From the human T2T-CHM13v2.0 reference genome, Homo sapiens, in NCBI RefSeq assembly GCF_009914755.1, contig NC_060933.1: a DNA stretch of 64,000 nt. The stretch is one strand, 5' to 3'. The notes beneath the pieces were generated by a model. That model had not been told where the DNA came from. It ran no database searches and saw only the letters and a program-made list of their open reading frames with translations. The translations under genes were made by a program, and so were the position numbers. Each line of letters begins with the position of its first letter. Within the stretch, counting starts at the first letter, position 1. Below are positions 1-13,108 of the stretch, piece after piece.

Positions 1-196
1 TAACTAAGGATGCAGAGACAGATCCCTGGAGGCAACCAGTATCATTTTAGAAAGGAAACCTTTGGCCCAATGGGACTTCGAACTGCACCTAATAAGCCAA
101 TGGCATTGCTAACAAGTCAGTGATATTTGGGGTATAGTACTGAATAGAGGCTACATAACACAAGGGCGAAAAGTACACAACTACTTCAGTCCTTGT

Positions 197-336
197 GCCA
201 GGCACGGTAGCTCACACCTGTAATCCCAGCACTTACGGAGGCAGAGGCACGAGGATAGCTTGAGTCCAGGAGTTCAAGACCTGCCTGAGCAACATAGTGA
301 GGCCCTGTTCTCCAGAAAAAGGGGGGAAAAAAAAAA
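197..336 (+). mobile_element. Alu left monomer (FLAM/AluJ-like)
   Basis: GCCAGGCACGGTAGCTCACACCTGTAATCCCAGCAC...GGAGTTCAAGACC...A-rich tail; only one arm. Confidence 0.85.
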
Positions 337-639
337 GATTAAAAAAATAGTAAGTTGGAACTCATTGTGCTCCCTGGTTAAAGTGCCAATTCAGTATTTA
401 CTGCACACCTGTTATAGGAAAGACACTATTTTCGGCACAGAGAGGGATACCTGGAGAAATTTGGTATGATCCAGGTCCACTAAGAATGCACAAAGTAGAT
501 GAGCCAAATGTGTACACGATAATGCAATTTAGAGTGTTGTGAGTATGTTTAAAACGCAGCATGGAAGGAAAAATAAGTCATCCATTAATCTTAATAAGAG
601 AAATGGAGGAAGTTTCATGGCAAAGCCAGAAAGGACTCC

Positions 640-1490
640 TAAGAAAAGTTTTCATTGTGTTTCTTCATTTTATAATTGTTTTAACTATAAAGGTAATACG
701 TGTTTACTATAGAAAATCCAAAAATACAAATAAGCAAAAAAAAAGAACACAAACCACTGCATTTCTGTATATCCCATTTCTTTATTTATTTATAAAAGTG
801 AGAACATATTGTACATAATTTTCAGTAAGCTGGTTTTTAGGCAATAATATATTACAGCCATCTTTCCATGTTATTTATTATACTTCTACAACTGACTTTT
901 ATATTTAAATAGGTGCACATCAAAAGGTATAAAAGAGGACACAGTAAAAGCCTGACTCTCTCATCCCATGACCCATGACCTTATAATTTTAACCAGAAGC
1001 AGCCACTGTTACATTTTTTGTGATCCTTCCAGTTTCTTGTGATCCCTCCATAAATATTCTATGAATATATGAGCATACATGTATATATTTCTCTTTTTAA
1101 GTAAATGGTAGCTGTGAACACACGGTTCTGTACCTTGCATTTCTCTCCCCAGTCAGTACATATATCACTGCCTCTCAGTGGCTGCAGTGTTTCAATGTAT
1201 GGATAAACAATAATTTACTCAGTCCCCTTTGATGGACATTCAGAATGTTTCCAACTCAGTCCCCTTTGATGGACATTCAGAATGCTTCCAATCTTTTACT
1301 ATTACAATATTACTAGGTATATCCTCCAAGTGTAAACATGTATATATTTGTGGGTATATCTGTAGGAAAAATTGCTGGAAGTGGAATTTTGAGGTCAAAG
1401 AACATGTATGTTTTAAAATTTGACAGATATCACACAGTGTCCTCCACTAAGGCATTCCTAATTTCTACTCCTTCCAACTACAAATGAGAC
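640..1490 (-). mobile_element. Old L1 (L1M-type) 3' region fragments
   Basis: Decayed antisense L1 motifs (TTGATGGACATT...TTTCCA, GGGTATATCTGTAGGAAAAATTGCTGG...GAGGTCAAAG); boundaries approximate. Confidence 0.55.
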
Positions 1491-1499
1491 TGTTACCAC

Positions 1500-1910
1500 A
1501 CCTGTGGTTCCCCAGCCAGATAATGTTTTCCATTTCCCTCCCCTGGAACACACATCTTGCAGACAGGTGAGGTAACGCATCTAGTTCCGGCCAATGGAAT
1601 GTGGGAATGTGAACAGAACTGATGTGTGTCGTATCCAGGCCAAGGTAACTGAGAAGAAAGTATGCATTCTCCACCCTATCTCTGCAATTCTGTCCACTGG
1701 AAACAGAAGAATTCAAGGCCCTAGGGAATGGTGGATCCCTATAATGGAAGGAGCCTATGTCCCTGAGTTACCATACAGAAAAAAACAACTGTCTGCCAAC
1801 CAGAAACATCCGCAGTGGACTATTACATGAGGGAAAAATAAATTTATATTTTATTAAGCCACTGAAAAGTTGGTATTTGTTGTAACATCTCGCTTTACCC
1901 TAACTAATAC
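1500..1910 (+). mobile_element. MLT1-family (ERVL-MaLR) solo LTR, old
   Basis: Typical 3' end AATAAATTT...TTAAGCCACTGA...TTTGTT...CCCTAACTAATACA. Confidence 0.6.
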
Positions 1911-4087
1911 ACCAAGATACCCTTTTTTATATAAACATCAGATCTACAGTTCTGAAGATACTCTTAGGGAATGTTGCTCAAGTATTTCAAAATTAACTTT
2001 CAAAGTTAACTATGATATTGGCTGTACTGTTAAGAAAATAGCCTTCATTTCCTGGATTAACAAGAGCTGTTTTTTGTTTCTTTGGTTTTTATCAAGAATG
2101 AGTAGTGATTTATCAAATACCTTTGCAGTATTTGTGAAAATGATTCTAAGTTTTTTTCCTTTGATCTATTAGAGTGATATCTTACATTAGTATTTCCTAA
2201 TGTTGAAATAGTCTCACATTTCTAAAATAAACCATGTTTACTTGTATATTTTATTTTGTATATGCTGTTGAATGCAAGGGAATAACTGAAACAAAATAAT
2301 AGATTGGGTAATTCTTTAAACATGATTTATAAATTTTAAATTTCAATTGAGGAAGTAAAAAGTACAGGAGACCCTCCAAAGAACAAATCTGTTATCTGGA
2401 AAAGCAGGTGAATGTGTATCACATTATCTGGAGCAAAAAAAAAAAAAAAAAAAAAAAAAGAAATGGAATTCTTGAATAAAAAGATGAGAGAACTAACCAG
2501 CAGGTCCAGGAGGTCTAATTGGAAATAAAAGGCATTCAGAGAGAGAACAAGGACCATAATGGAAAAAGTAATAATCAAAACATAATACAAGAAAACTTCC
2601 CTCAGGAGGAGACTAGAATTATGAAATCAAAAGGGCTCATTGAGTACCAGACAGGATAAATGAAAAAGGGCATATACCTATATATATATCCTAGTCAGAT
2701 TTCTAATTTCTGAGCTTCAAAATAAAGAAAACAGAAAAGCTTTTAGAAAGTAAGAACGAGTTACTTATAAACAAATGAGCTTGAGGCTGTCATTGGACAT
2801 GGTTAAGAACACGGGCACTGAATGAAGTAAGGCTACCTGGGTTCAAATTTTGGTGTGAACTTAGGTTGGGTTGCTTAACTTCTTTATGCTTCTGTAAAAT
2901 AGGGACAATGTTAGTACTTAGCTTCTCAGGTTGGCTGGAAGCAACATCTGATATAATACATGGAAGAGCCTAGCACACACAGTCAGTATACTTCTATCTG
3001 TTAACATCTAAAGCTGTATGAGTGAGTCAAAATTTTACACATTTTTGAGAAGATAAAAGCCCGAACCCTCCTCAGAACATAGCATACAGCACTAATAGTC
3101 TGAAGAACTGCACAACAGCCCCACTCTAACATCTCTAATGGTAGCTGAGCCCCATGCTAGTGAGAAGTGAGGTGGTGGGCAGAAGGAATCTCACTGACTT
3201 ATTTCAATTAATGTGAGCAGGGCAAGAACAACTTTTTTTTGGCCTGGAGCTGAAGATTATTGGAGATGAAAAAAGTTGTAGGCTCTGTCAGCATAAAAGG
3301 ACACAGAGTGAAGTCTCTTAAAGTCAGCAGGGACAATTCTACAATTAATAGACCTTATTACCAATGGGGACCCTCCATAAAGTAAATTGTAATGAGACTT
3401 GTGGCTGCCAGATTTGGGTATCATAAGAAGTTCTTTCATTCATACAGCTAATGTTGTCTGAGCACATCTACCACGTGTCCGGAACTACACTGGGGATCTA
3501 GCTGTATACAAGGCATGCCAAGTCCCTCCCTCAAAGAGTTTACATACATAGATCACCTTAATTAATATGACTCAAATTAGAATGCCCATATGACATAAGA
3601 AATGAATCATACTAAAACCATTAACAAAATCTTTGTCTCTCTCTCATACACACACCCCCCCTTTTATCTCAATTACACAAGAAATGAAAAAGTCAACTTG
3701 TAATACTGTTAATAAAAAAAGTGAGCTGCTACTTAATTTAGTCCCGTTTTTTATAGTTTGCAAATGTAAAAGCTAGCACAACAATTTGGTGGAACTCTTG
3801 AGTAATCACCTCAATTCTTTCTGCCAAAGCAGTCAGTGACTGCCTTTTGGAGAAAATATCATATTTTTCACTTTATACTGATTTACTCCTTCTCCAATTT
3901 GTGTTCAAGATATTTGACCTCTGAAAGTTTAACAAGCACTTACTAAACAGCACCAACCAGAAATATTTTTAAAGTTCCTTTCTACCTACTAGCCAAAAAT
4001 TCCCTAGCCCACTTGCCCATCTTCAAACAGAAGCATATCTCTTCAATCCAAAAGGAAGATACAGCATTAAACAGCATATAATGAATT

Positions 4088-4588
4088 TAGTGGGTTAAAT
4101 GGTGGCTCCTGAAAAGACACATCCATATCCCAATCCCCAGACCCTGTGAATATTACTTTATTTGAAGAAAAGGTCTTTGCAGATGTAATTAAAAATTTTC
4201 AGGTGAGATCATCTTGGATTATCCAGGTGTACCCTAAATCCAGTGACAAGTAGATTCTCTTAAAGTCAGTCCTTAGAAGAAAAAGGCAGAGAGAGAGATT
4301 TGAGACACACAGAAGAGAAGACACAGAACAGAAAAGAAGGCTATAATGACCACAGAGGCAGAGACTGGAGTGAGGCAGCCACAAGTCAAGGAATGCCCCA
4401 TACACAACAGAAACTGGAAGAGGCAAGGAACAGATTTCTCCCCCAAAGAGCCTCCAGAGGGAATGTGGCTCAGCCAACACCTTGATTTTGGACTTCTGGC
4501 CTCCAAAAGAGTTAAAGAATAAATTTCTATTGCTTTAAGCGACCTAGTTTGTAGTAATTTGTTACAGCAACCACAAAAAAGCAACACA
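4088..4588 (+). mobile_element. MLT1 (C/D-like) solo LTR
   Basis: TAGTGGGTTAAATGGTGGC...GTCTTTGCAGATGTAATTAA...GGACTTCTGGCCTCCA...AATAAATTTCTATTGCTTTAAGC...TTTGTTACAGCA. Confidence 0.8.
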
Positions 4589-4920
4589 GTGAGCAAAAGC
4601 ATTTTGGTAGGGAGCCCTGGGTTCAAGTCCCACTCCTGTCATTTAGTCCCTATTTGCTTCAGTAAGTCTGTTAGCCTCTCAGAACCTCCAAACCTGTACT
4701 ACTATTACCCTGAGTTCTTATAAGAATCAAAGGAGATCTTGTATATGAAAACATTCAGAGTATTATAAAGTCCCATACAAATATGAATTATTATTCTTAT
4801 ACTTTACCTGGAATTTCAAATGAGTTTGGAGCCTGGGCTCTTTAATCAAGTCCTTTTGTTACAACTCTTTACACAAATAATACCTGCCTAATTTCAGCAG
4901 TGCCAACATTGTATCAGTTA

Positions 4921-5235
<315 letters not shown>

Positions 5236-6185
5236 TAACATCAACTTTTATTTATAGAATTAAGCTGTCACTAATGTACACAGTATCTCTTTAGTACTAG
5301 GATTTAATGAAGTCTCATTACCACTAACCTTATCATCTATTTTACTTCCCTCCAGATATCCTCTATTATCACATCAATTTAGTAGCGAGATCATCTAATT
5401 GGTTTATTGGCCCCATTTACATTAACAAATCAGTTTTAACCAGTTTACTTTCAATAATATTTGTGAACTCCTTAACATAATCATATATTATTTCTCTAAA
5501 CTAACCTTAATTATTCCATACTGAATTCTTCTCAGCCAAGAATGAACCATTAATAACTCTTCTTCCTATTTCTGGTTTTCCCCAACAGGTAGATTCTGAT
5601 CTACTGCCAGACCTAGTTCTTCTTTCCTGAAATAAAGTATATTTATGAAGTACAATAATAAATTAAGGCTATCAGCTCCACAAGTTATGCACAAAAATTA
5701 ATTTCGTAACTCTATAATCTCACTTCATCCACACACGAGTTTATATTTTCTATGGAATTTTTCCATTACTATTTCATAAGAAAGGCCACCAAACATACTC
5801 CAAGTTATGGAATGGCTGGTCAACTGCAAGCTTCAATTTTTTTCCTTCAGGGCAAGGAAGTTTGACATTAAAAATAAGGAAATGGCATATTGATAATGCA
5901 GTCTGATATAAGAATTTATTTTCTTATGCCTTTTAACCATTGAATTTGAATGGCATTCCAGTCTTAACTTAGATCTAACAGAGTATTATAAAAATATTAT
6001 TCTCTGAAATTTTGCCTCTTCAGAAATCTTTAAACAAATGTAAAATAATCTTTCCCAAACAGAAGTTGAAACAGTAAAAACTTCAATGGACTTTGAGATT
6101 TGCAAATGTAACAATCACTTACAATCATTATCACTAACGATTTATATCCTTAAGATGAAACATCCTTCAAGAATGCATTAGGTGC

Positions 6186-6493
6186 ACCAGGTGCAGTGGC
6201 TAATGCCTGTAATCCCAACACTTTGAGAGGCCAAGGTAGGAGAATCCCTTGAGCCCAGTTCACGACCAGCCTGGGCAACACAGGGAGACCTCATCTCTAC
6301 AAAAAATGAATAAAATTAGCCTGGTGTGGTGGTGCACACCTGTAGTCCCAGCTACTCAGGAGGCTGAAGTGGGAGGACTGCTTGAGCCCAGGAGGTCAAG
6401 GCTGCAGTGAACCGAAACTGCACCATGGCACTCCAACCTGGGCAATAGAGTGAGGCCTTGCCTCAAAAAAAAAAAAAAAAAAAAAAAAAAAAA
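6186..6493 (+). mobile_element. Alu (AluJ-like) with target-site duplication
   Basis: Full dimer, long poly(A), flanking direct repeat GCATTAGGTGC (6175-6185 and 6494-6504). Confidence 0.92.
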
Positions 6494-8235
6494 GCATTAG
6501 GTGCTCCTCCTGAGTCACTAAAGTATGGGTGATGTTATTTTAATATACTTAACTTCACTGCCTTTCCATAGGTAGCAATTAAATCATTCCCAAGATGCAA
6601 GTTAAACATTTGGTTCTCAGGATCACCAGTAAAAATTTCAAATCAAAACTTAGGAAATCCACAGCCACTATTTTGTACAAACATAGATTAATACTACTCT
6701 ATGGCATAACCCACAACTTTAAATATTTATCCCCCTGTGAATGGGATTATAAAGGTACCTACTATATCATCTCAGACCCAATAAGAAGTTTAGCAACAAA
6801 TGTCTCCTAATTTTCATGATCTCCATGTGGCCTATATAAAAGTAAACTGTGAACCTCTTCCAACAACAGTAGCCTCTACATTTTTTAACCAATTTCACAT
6901 GAGACTGACAAGATACTAGTTATCCTGAGAAATGTGTTAAGTTTCCTGACAAATAAAGCCTGAACTAAGATCTCCCTTAAGTAGTCTAACTCTACAACCT
7001 CAGAATTCTTAAGAAACAAAAAATATCCTAAGAAGTTATCCATTCCCCTCATCCATCTTAGCAACCAAGTGGAGAATCTGGCCCCTCGCCACTAGAGGGG
7101 GGTGTTTCTTTTATTGGTTTCTCTTTCCCCCTAATTCGGCTGACCAGAATTTCTGGTTGAACTAGAAATAAGCCTCAAGATCAACATCCTGACCTTTATT
7201 TTTAATATCGTGTGGCCTTTTTTCTTTTTTTCAGGCCTAGTTAACACTAAAATATAAATTTCAATCCCTAATTACTTGTACTATTATGCCCCACATCATA
7301 CTCCGTTGCCTTTCTACAAAGAGACTAACAAACTACACAATTTAGAGACTTTGACATTAGTTCACTGAAAATAAACAGAAAATCCAACCAAGTTTGAGTG
7401 TTTTTTTAAAAAAACCTTCTCATTTGCCAGGTTCATTATTTCATTTGAATCACTATAATACTATTTTAAAAATTAGACAGACAATAGCAACAAACTTTAA
7501 GGAAAAAATATACTTAAGAGACTTGCCCAAAATTTCAGGTAGCAAATGGCTAGGCCATAATGAAGACTCAAATGCTCTGACTCCTAGACCATTTCCAGTT
7601 CTATTATTCTATGCCATGAGTGAAAGGTACTAGATGAGAAGACCAAGGGGTGAACTACTCTTACTTTTTACTCTACCAGTCTAGAGCAAATAGATGTATG
7701 ATTACTCATGTAACTCACTATTGCTCCTGGCAAATAACATATACCCATCTGCTTAGAATAGTCTCCACTGGCCACAAAATCAAGTCACAAGATGAGGAAG
7801 GAGTGGATGAAGGAGATAAGGGGAAAGAGTTGCAGAAGAGAAGAAAATAAATCTATCAAACAATCTTGAGGTCAGGCATGAGACACAAAATATACAAAAG
7901 TGAGGACCAAGATCTAAGCAAGAAATCAGAATCAGAATCAGAAAAAGAAGGAATGAACAACAAATGGTAGCAGTCACACCACCAGATATTCAAACAACCC
8001 AAAAGACTCTGGAAGAGACAATGAGTGCTGTTTGATTCCTTGCTGCTTCCTATGAAGATCCCTGGTCTAAGGCAGAGCCCCTTAGAAAAGATAGAGACAA
8101 GACCTGGCCAGTTAGAATCTGCATCCACTTTATGAAGGCAGAAGACATGGGGAGGGAAGAGCCCCAGCAAAAAGAAACCTATCCAAATAATATCAAATCC
8201 ACCTGACGTGAATCTGCTTGGGACAAAGTAGGTAT

Positions 8236-8695
8236 CACATCAGGATGTTTCTGGCTGCAAATGACAAATTCGCAGATCATGCCTACTTACACAATGAGGA
8301 ACTGTATTATCTCACAGAACTGGAAGTTCAGAGGTAAGGCAGACCAAGTACAATACAATCAGCAATTCAGGAAGGTCATCAAGGGCTCAGGTTTCTTCCA
8401 TCTGTTCTGTCATCATCTAGATCAGCTGCACCCCCCAAAGCTAGTTTCCCTCATGGTCCCAAGATGGATAGAGCAGTTCTAGCCACTATACTCAAACATA
8501 AAATCACAGGGAGATGAGGCATCATCTCTTTCTTTTCTCTCTGTTTAGAATCAATAAATCCTTTCCCAGAAGCACTCAAGCCGTCTGTAGACTTTTCCTT
8601 CATCTCTCATTGGCCAGAATAGGTTACAGGCCATTCCTAACTCTTCACCGGCAAGGGAAATGGGATTAACCATGACTGCTTAGACAAATCACCTG
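8236..8695 (-). mobile_element. Old MLT1 (K/L-like) LTR
   Basis: TCAGGATGTTTCTGGCTGCAAATGACA... and CTCATTGGCCAGAA...GGCAAGGGAAATGGGATTAACCATGA motifs. Confidence 0.55.
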
Positions 8696-8911
8696 CGGTG
8701 GGATGAATACTGGGGAGTCAATCACCATGACCATACCATGGGCAATTTATACTGATGAGTATTATTATGACATTGTTTTCACTCCATAACAAATCTATAA
8801 TGTGATTATGCTGCTTCAATGATCTTAACTACAAGGCATGTGCTTTGCCTGAAATCCAGATAATTACTCTTTGCTCACATCCCATATTTTTCAACATGAA
8901 CTTATTTATCA

Positions 8912-9241
<330 letters not shown>

Positions 9242-11519
9242 CTTTCTTGGTCAATCCACTGTAAAAAAAAAAAAACAAAAAACAATAACTTTAATGTAAC
9301 ATCTTAGAAGCAAGAGTAGTAACTCATTTGTCTCCCACAGCAACTACAGTGGATACAGCCACCTAGAACCCAACCTTGAGAAAGACTTAAAGCTGAGTCT
9401 GGATCTAGTGAGAAATAGTGCCATGACTGATTAGTGAGTCTATCATGACTCAGGTTCAGGCACAACACATAGCACATATTTGCCAACCCTGTTTTAGAGA
9501 AAATCTCCTAATTTCCCTCCACTGATAATGGAGTTCTCTGCTGCAATGCCTCTTTATTCTTATTTTAATGGAGACCCAATATAATCCCTCCCATCTCTTC
9601 ACTCTATCTGATTTGCATACATATACATATAACATATATCAAGCATGAACTCCAAAAAAATTTTTATATATAACCAGAGAGTTCCACAGGAATTCTGGAA
9701 CCAGGCCTCTTTAGTAACCATAGAAAGGCTTGGCAGAATGGTTTCATTTACAAAGTGTCTCACTTAAAGCAGGCAGGGGGGCCTTGAGAGCCCAGGCTGG
9801 ATGCAGGCCTAGGCAGGATTGAGGGACAGAAGGGAAAAGAGAAAGGCAATCTATTCCCAGCTAAAGGTAGCCTGGCCCACAGTTGCACAAAGGAACCAAA
9901 ATCTGATTCTCAACAAAAGTGACTAACCAATAACTGGAGAATGCTTAAATAAATTATGGCAAATTACAAACTATAGGTAGAGTTTATGTGTATAAAATGC
10001 ACTTAGAAGGATAGGGAAGGACAACAGTGGTTATTCCTGGGTGAATTAATTTATAGCTTTTTTCTTTTTTCCTTCTAGTCTTTATCTACATTTTTCTGAA
10101 TGTCCTGTACTGCATATGCACAGCCTTTTTTATGAGGGGAAAAGAAAAATAATACAGGAAACATGTTTTTATCTTATCACTGGGTGTTTTGTTTGTTCCA
10201 ATTAACCTCTTATTGCCTTTTAGTTAAGATTACTCTTGTCCAACTATTCTCCTATTACTGGGTAGCTAGGTTGCTTTAACTTTTTGAAATCACAAGCAAT
10301 CAAATGCTGCCATAGCTGAAAGTTAACTTGAACTGTAAAAGAAAAATACTGGAAAAGTCCCTAGAAAATGGACCAAAAGTATCTAATCATTTTACACTGA
10401 AATTACCACTACTCAAAAACTATTAACAGGATATTCATTTTGACCAACTCATTGTTTTGACGAAATCATTGTTTCAATTAATAGCTGATTACAACAAATC
10501 AGTTAACCAACTTGCTTTCAGCTAAATTGTACTTGACCACATTGCTTTTGGCCAAAATAACTTTTAAGTCAAATTGGTACTGGACAAAGAGGGTACTACC
10601 AGCATCAGGCGGCAAGTCTGAAGGCAGAGATAAGAAACAGGATCAAAAGGTAAGCCTCAATAATAAAGAATAGGCAAGATGGCCTGGACAAGTTTAGAAA
10701 GGAAATATAGCCTAGGGCAATGGTTCAAAGTGGAAGGAAGTCTTTTATCAGGTAGCTATAAAACTAGCCCACATAGCTTAGAGAATGCTAGTAAGGAAAG
10801 GTATCAAATAAATTCAGTTTCATCTGCCTGCTTGGACACTCTCACCTAGAAGAACAAAGCTAGGGTTTTCCCTAGGTTCCACAGATGAAACAACATCTGC
10901 TTGGGGTTCAAACTGAGAAGGAATGTTTCCAAAATCATTTATCCACAGCCTCACTTTCCAAGTAAATGAGGTTCTTGAGCTGGCCATTGCATCATGGGGA
11001 ATCAACACCACCTTGTTGGCATTTTATGGTTCCCATCTCAAATTACAGAAGGTAATATCCCATGCTGTCAGACAAAGCAGAGGTAGCAGATGAGAGTAAT
11101 TTGCATGGAGGGAAGCAACCCAAATTGGACTGCCTCTAGAGTAAAGGACCCAGGTAGTACACCTTTAGCTTCTGGAATAACTGATCACCATGACTAGAGA
11201 GAGCCCGAAGACATCTCCAGTTTGAACAGTCTTCTAAGGAACCTGATTACAGTTAGGATTTCTTTTTAACCAGTTATTGCTCAATGAAAAATCCTGGAGA
11301 GCTTCTGAGTACCCCGTATTCATTCCAACATTAACTGACTGCCAGGCTGCGTGCGGTATTGCTGAGGAAAGCAGGGAGGCAGCAGGGAGAAAGACATCTC
11401 TGCCACTGAAGAAGGTGTTCTACAGGAAGGAAAGCAGAGAATTGTATTCATATTCAGTCACAGCAGAGTAGGTGTGAAAAAAAAAAGGAGATGAATCAGT
11501 CTTGTTTTGAGTAAGAAGC

Positions 11520-12700
11520 AAAACAGCGTAGAGGTAGACTATTCACAAATGGTGTTGAGACAACTGCGTAGCCATTTGGAAAAAAATAAAGTTGGACCTA
11601 CCTCTCATACCATACACCAGGAAAAATGGATCAAAAATTTAAATGCAAAACAGAAACCATGAAAGTAGTAAAAGCCAACGTGAGGGAATTCTTTCATAAC
11701 CTTGGAGTAGTATAGATTTTTCTAACTATGACTAAATCTAGAAGTCATAAAAGACTGACAAATTCAAGTACATTTTTTAAAAAATCTACATAGCAAAAAC
11801 ATCATAAGCAAAGTTGAAAGACAAATGACAAACTACGGGGAAATACGCTGCAACTCATATAACAAAGGGCAAATCTCCATATTATAAACAGCAACTACAA
11901 AGTGATTTTTAAACCACCCCCACCTCCCAAAATAGGCAAAGGATATAAGACACACTTCACCAAAAGGAAATATAAATGGCTCTTAAGCATATGAAAAAGA
12001 TGTTCTAACTTACTCATGAGAGAAAGAAATTAAAGTTACACTAAGATAACATTTTCACCGACCAGACTGGAAAAAAACCTAAGGTTAAATAACACATTGT
12101 TGGCAAGAATATGAGTATTCAGGCACTTGCCTATATTTTTAGTGGAGTGTAAACTGTACAACCTCTATGGAGAGTAATTTGGTAGTACCTATCAAACTAC
12201 TATGATATATATACCCTTTGGCCCAGTAATTCAATTTCTAGGAATTTACCCTACAAATGTATTTGCACAAGTATAAAATAATCTATATAACAAAAGTATT
12301 TATTGTAGCATTACTTGTAATTTGTATCCCTCAATTGCTAGGAATTTATCCTACAAATATATTTGCACAAGTATAATCTATATAACAAAAGTATTTATTG
12401 TAGCATTACTTGAAACAGCAAAAAGATTGAAAACTTCCCAAATGTCCATCAATATGGGGCTGGCTAAATAATGATATATTCACACAATGACATGAAGAGA
12501 TCTCCAAGATACATTATAAATGAAATATATCTCAGATATATCTCAGATATTTTTCCACTGTTATGGACAGAACTCCAAGATACACTATTAAGTGAAAAAG
12601 GCAGAACAATACGTGTAAGCTTCCATGTGTATAAAAAAGGAAAGGGAAACAGAATTTATATTTGTAGTGTCTTGGAAATGCATTAAAAAACTCTGGAAGG
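11520..12700 (+). mobile_element. Old L1 (L1ME/L1MC-like) ORF2 3' end and 3' UTR, degenerate
   Basis: Decayed ORF2 motifs (CTATTCACAAATGGTGTTGAGACAACTG; ATATGAAAAAGATGTTC; CCCAGTAATTC...CTAGGAATTTACCCTA; CCCAAATGTCCATCAAT). Confidence 0.75.
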
Positions 12701-12701
12701 A

Positions 12702-13108
<407 letters not shown>

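Noticed and set aside
7780-8170. Purine-rich stretch with TCAGAA repeats resembling an acidic coding region or processed pseudogene
   Set aside because: Stops interrupt the plausible frames, with no recognisable homology, poly(A) tail or TSD
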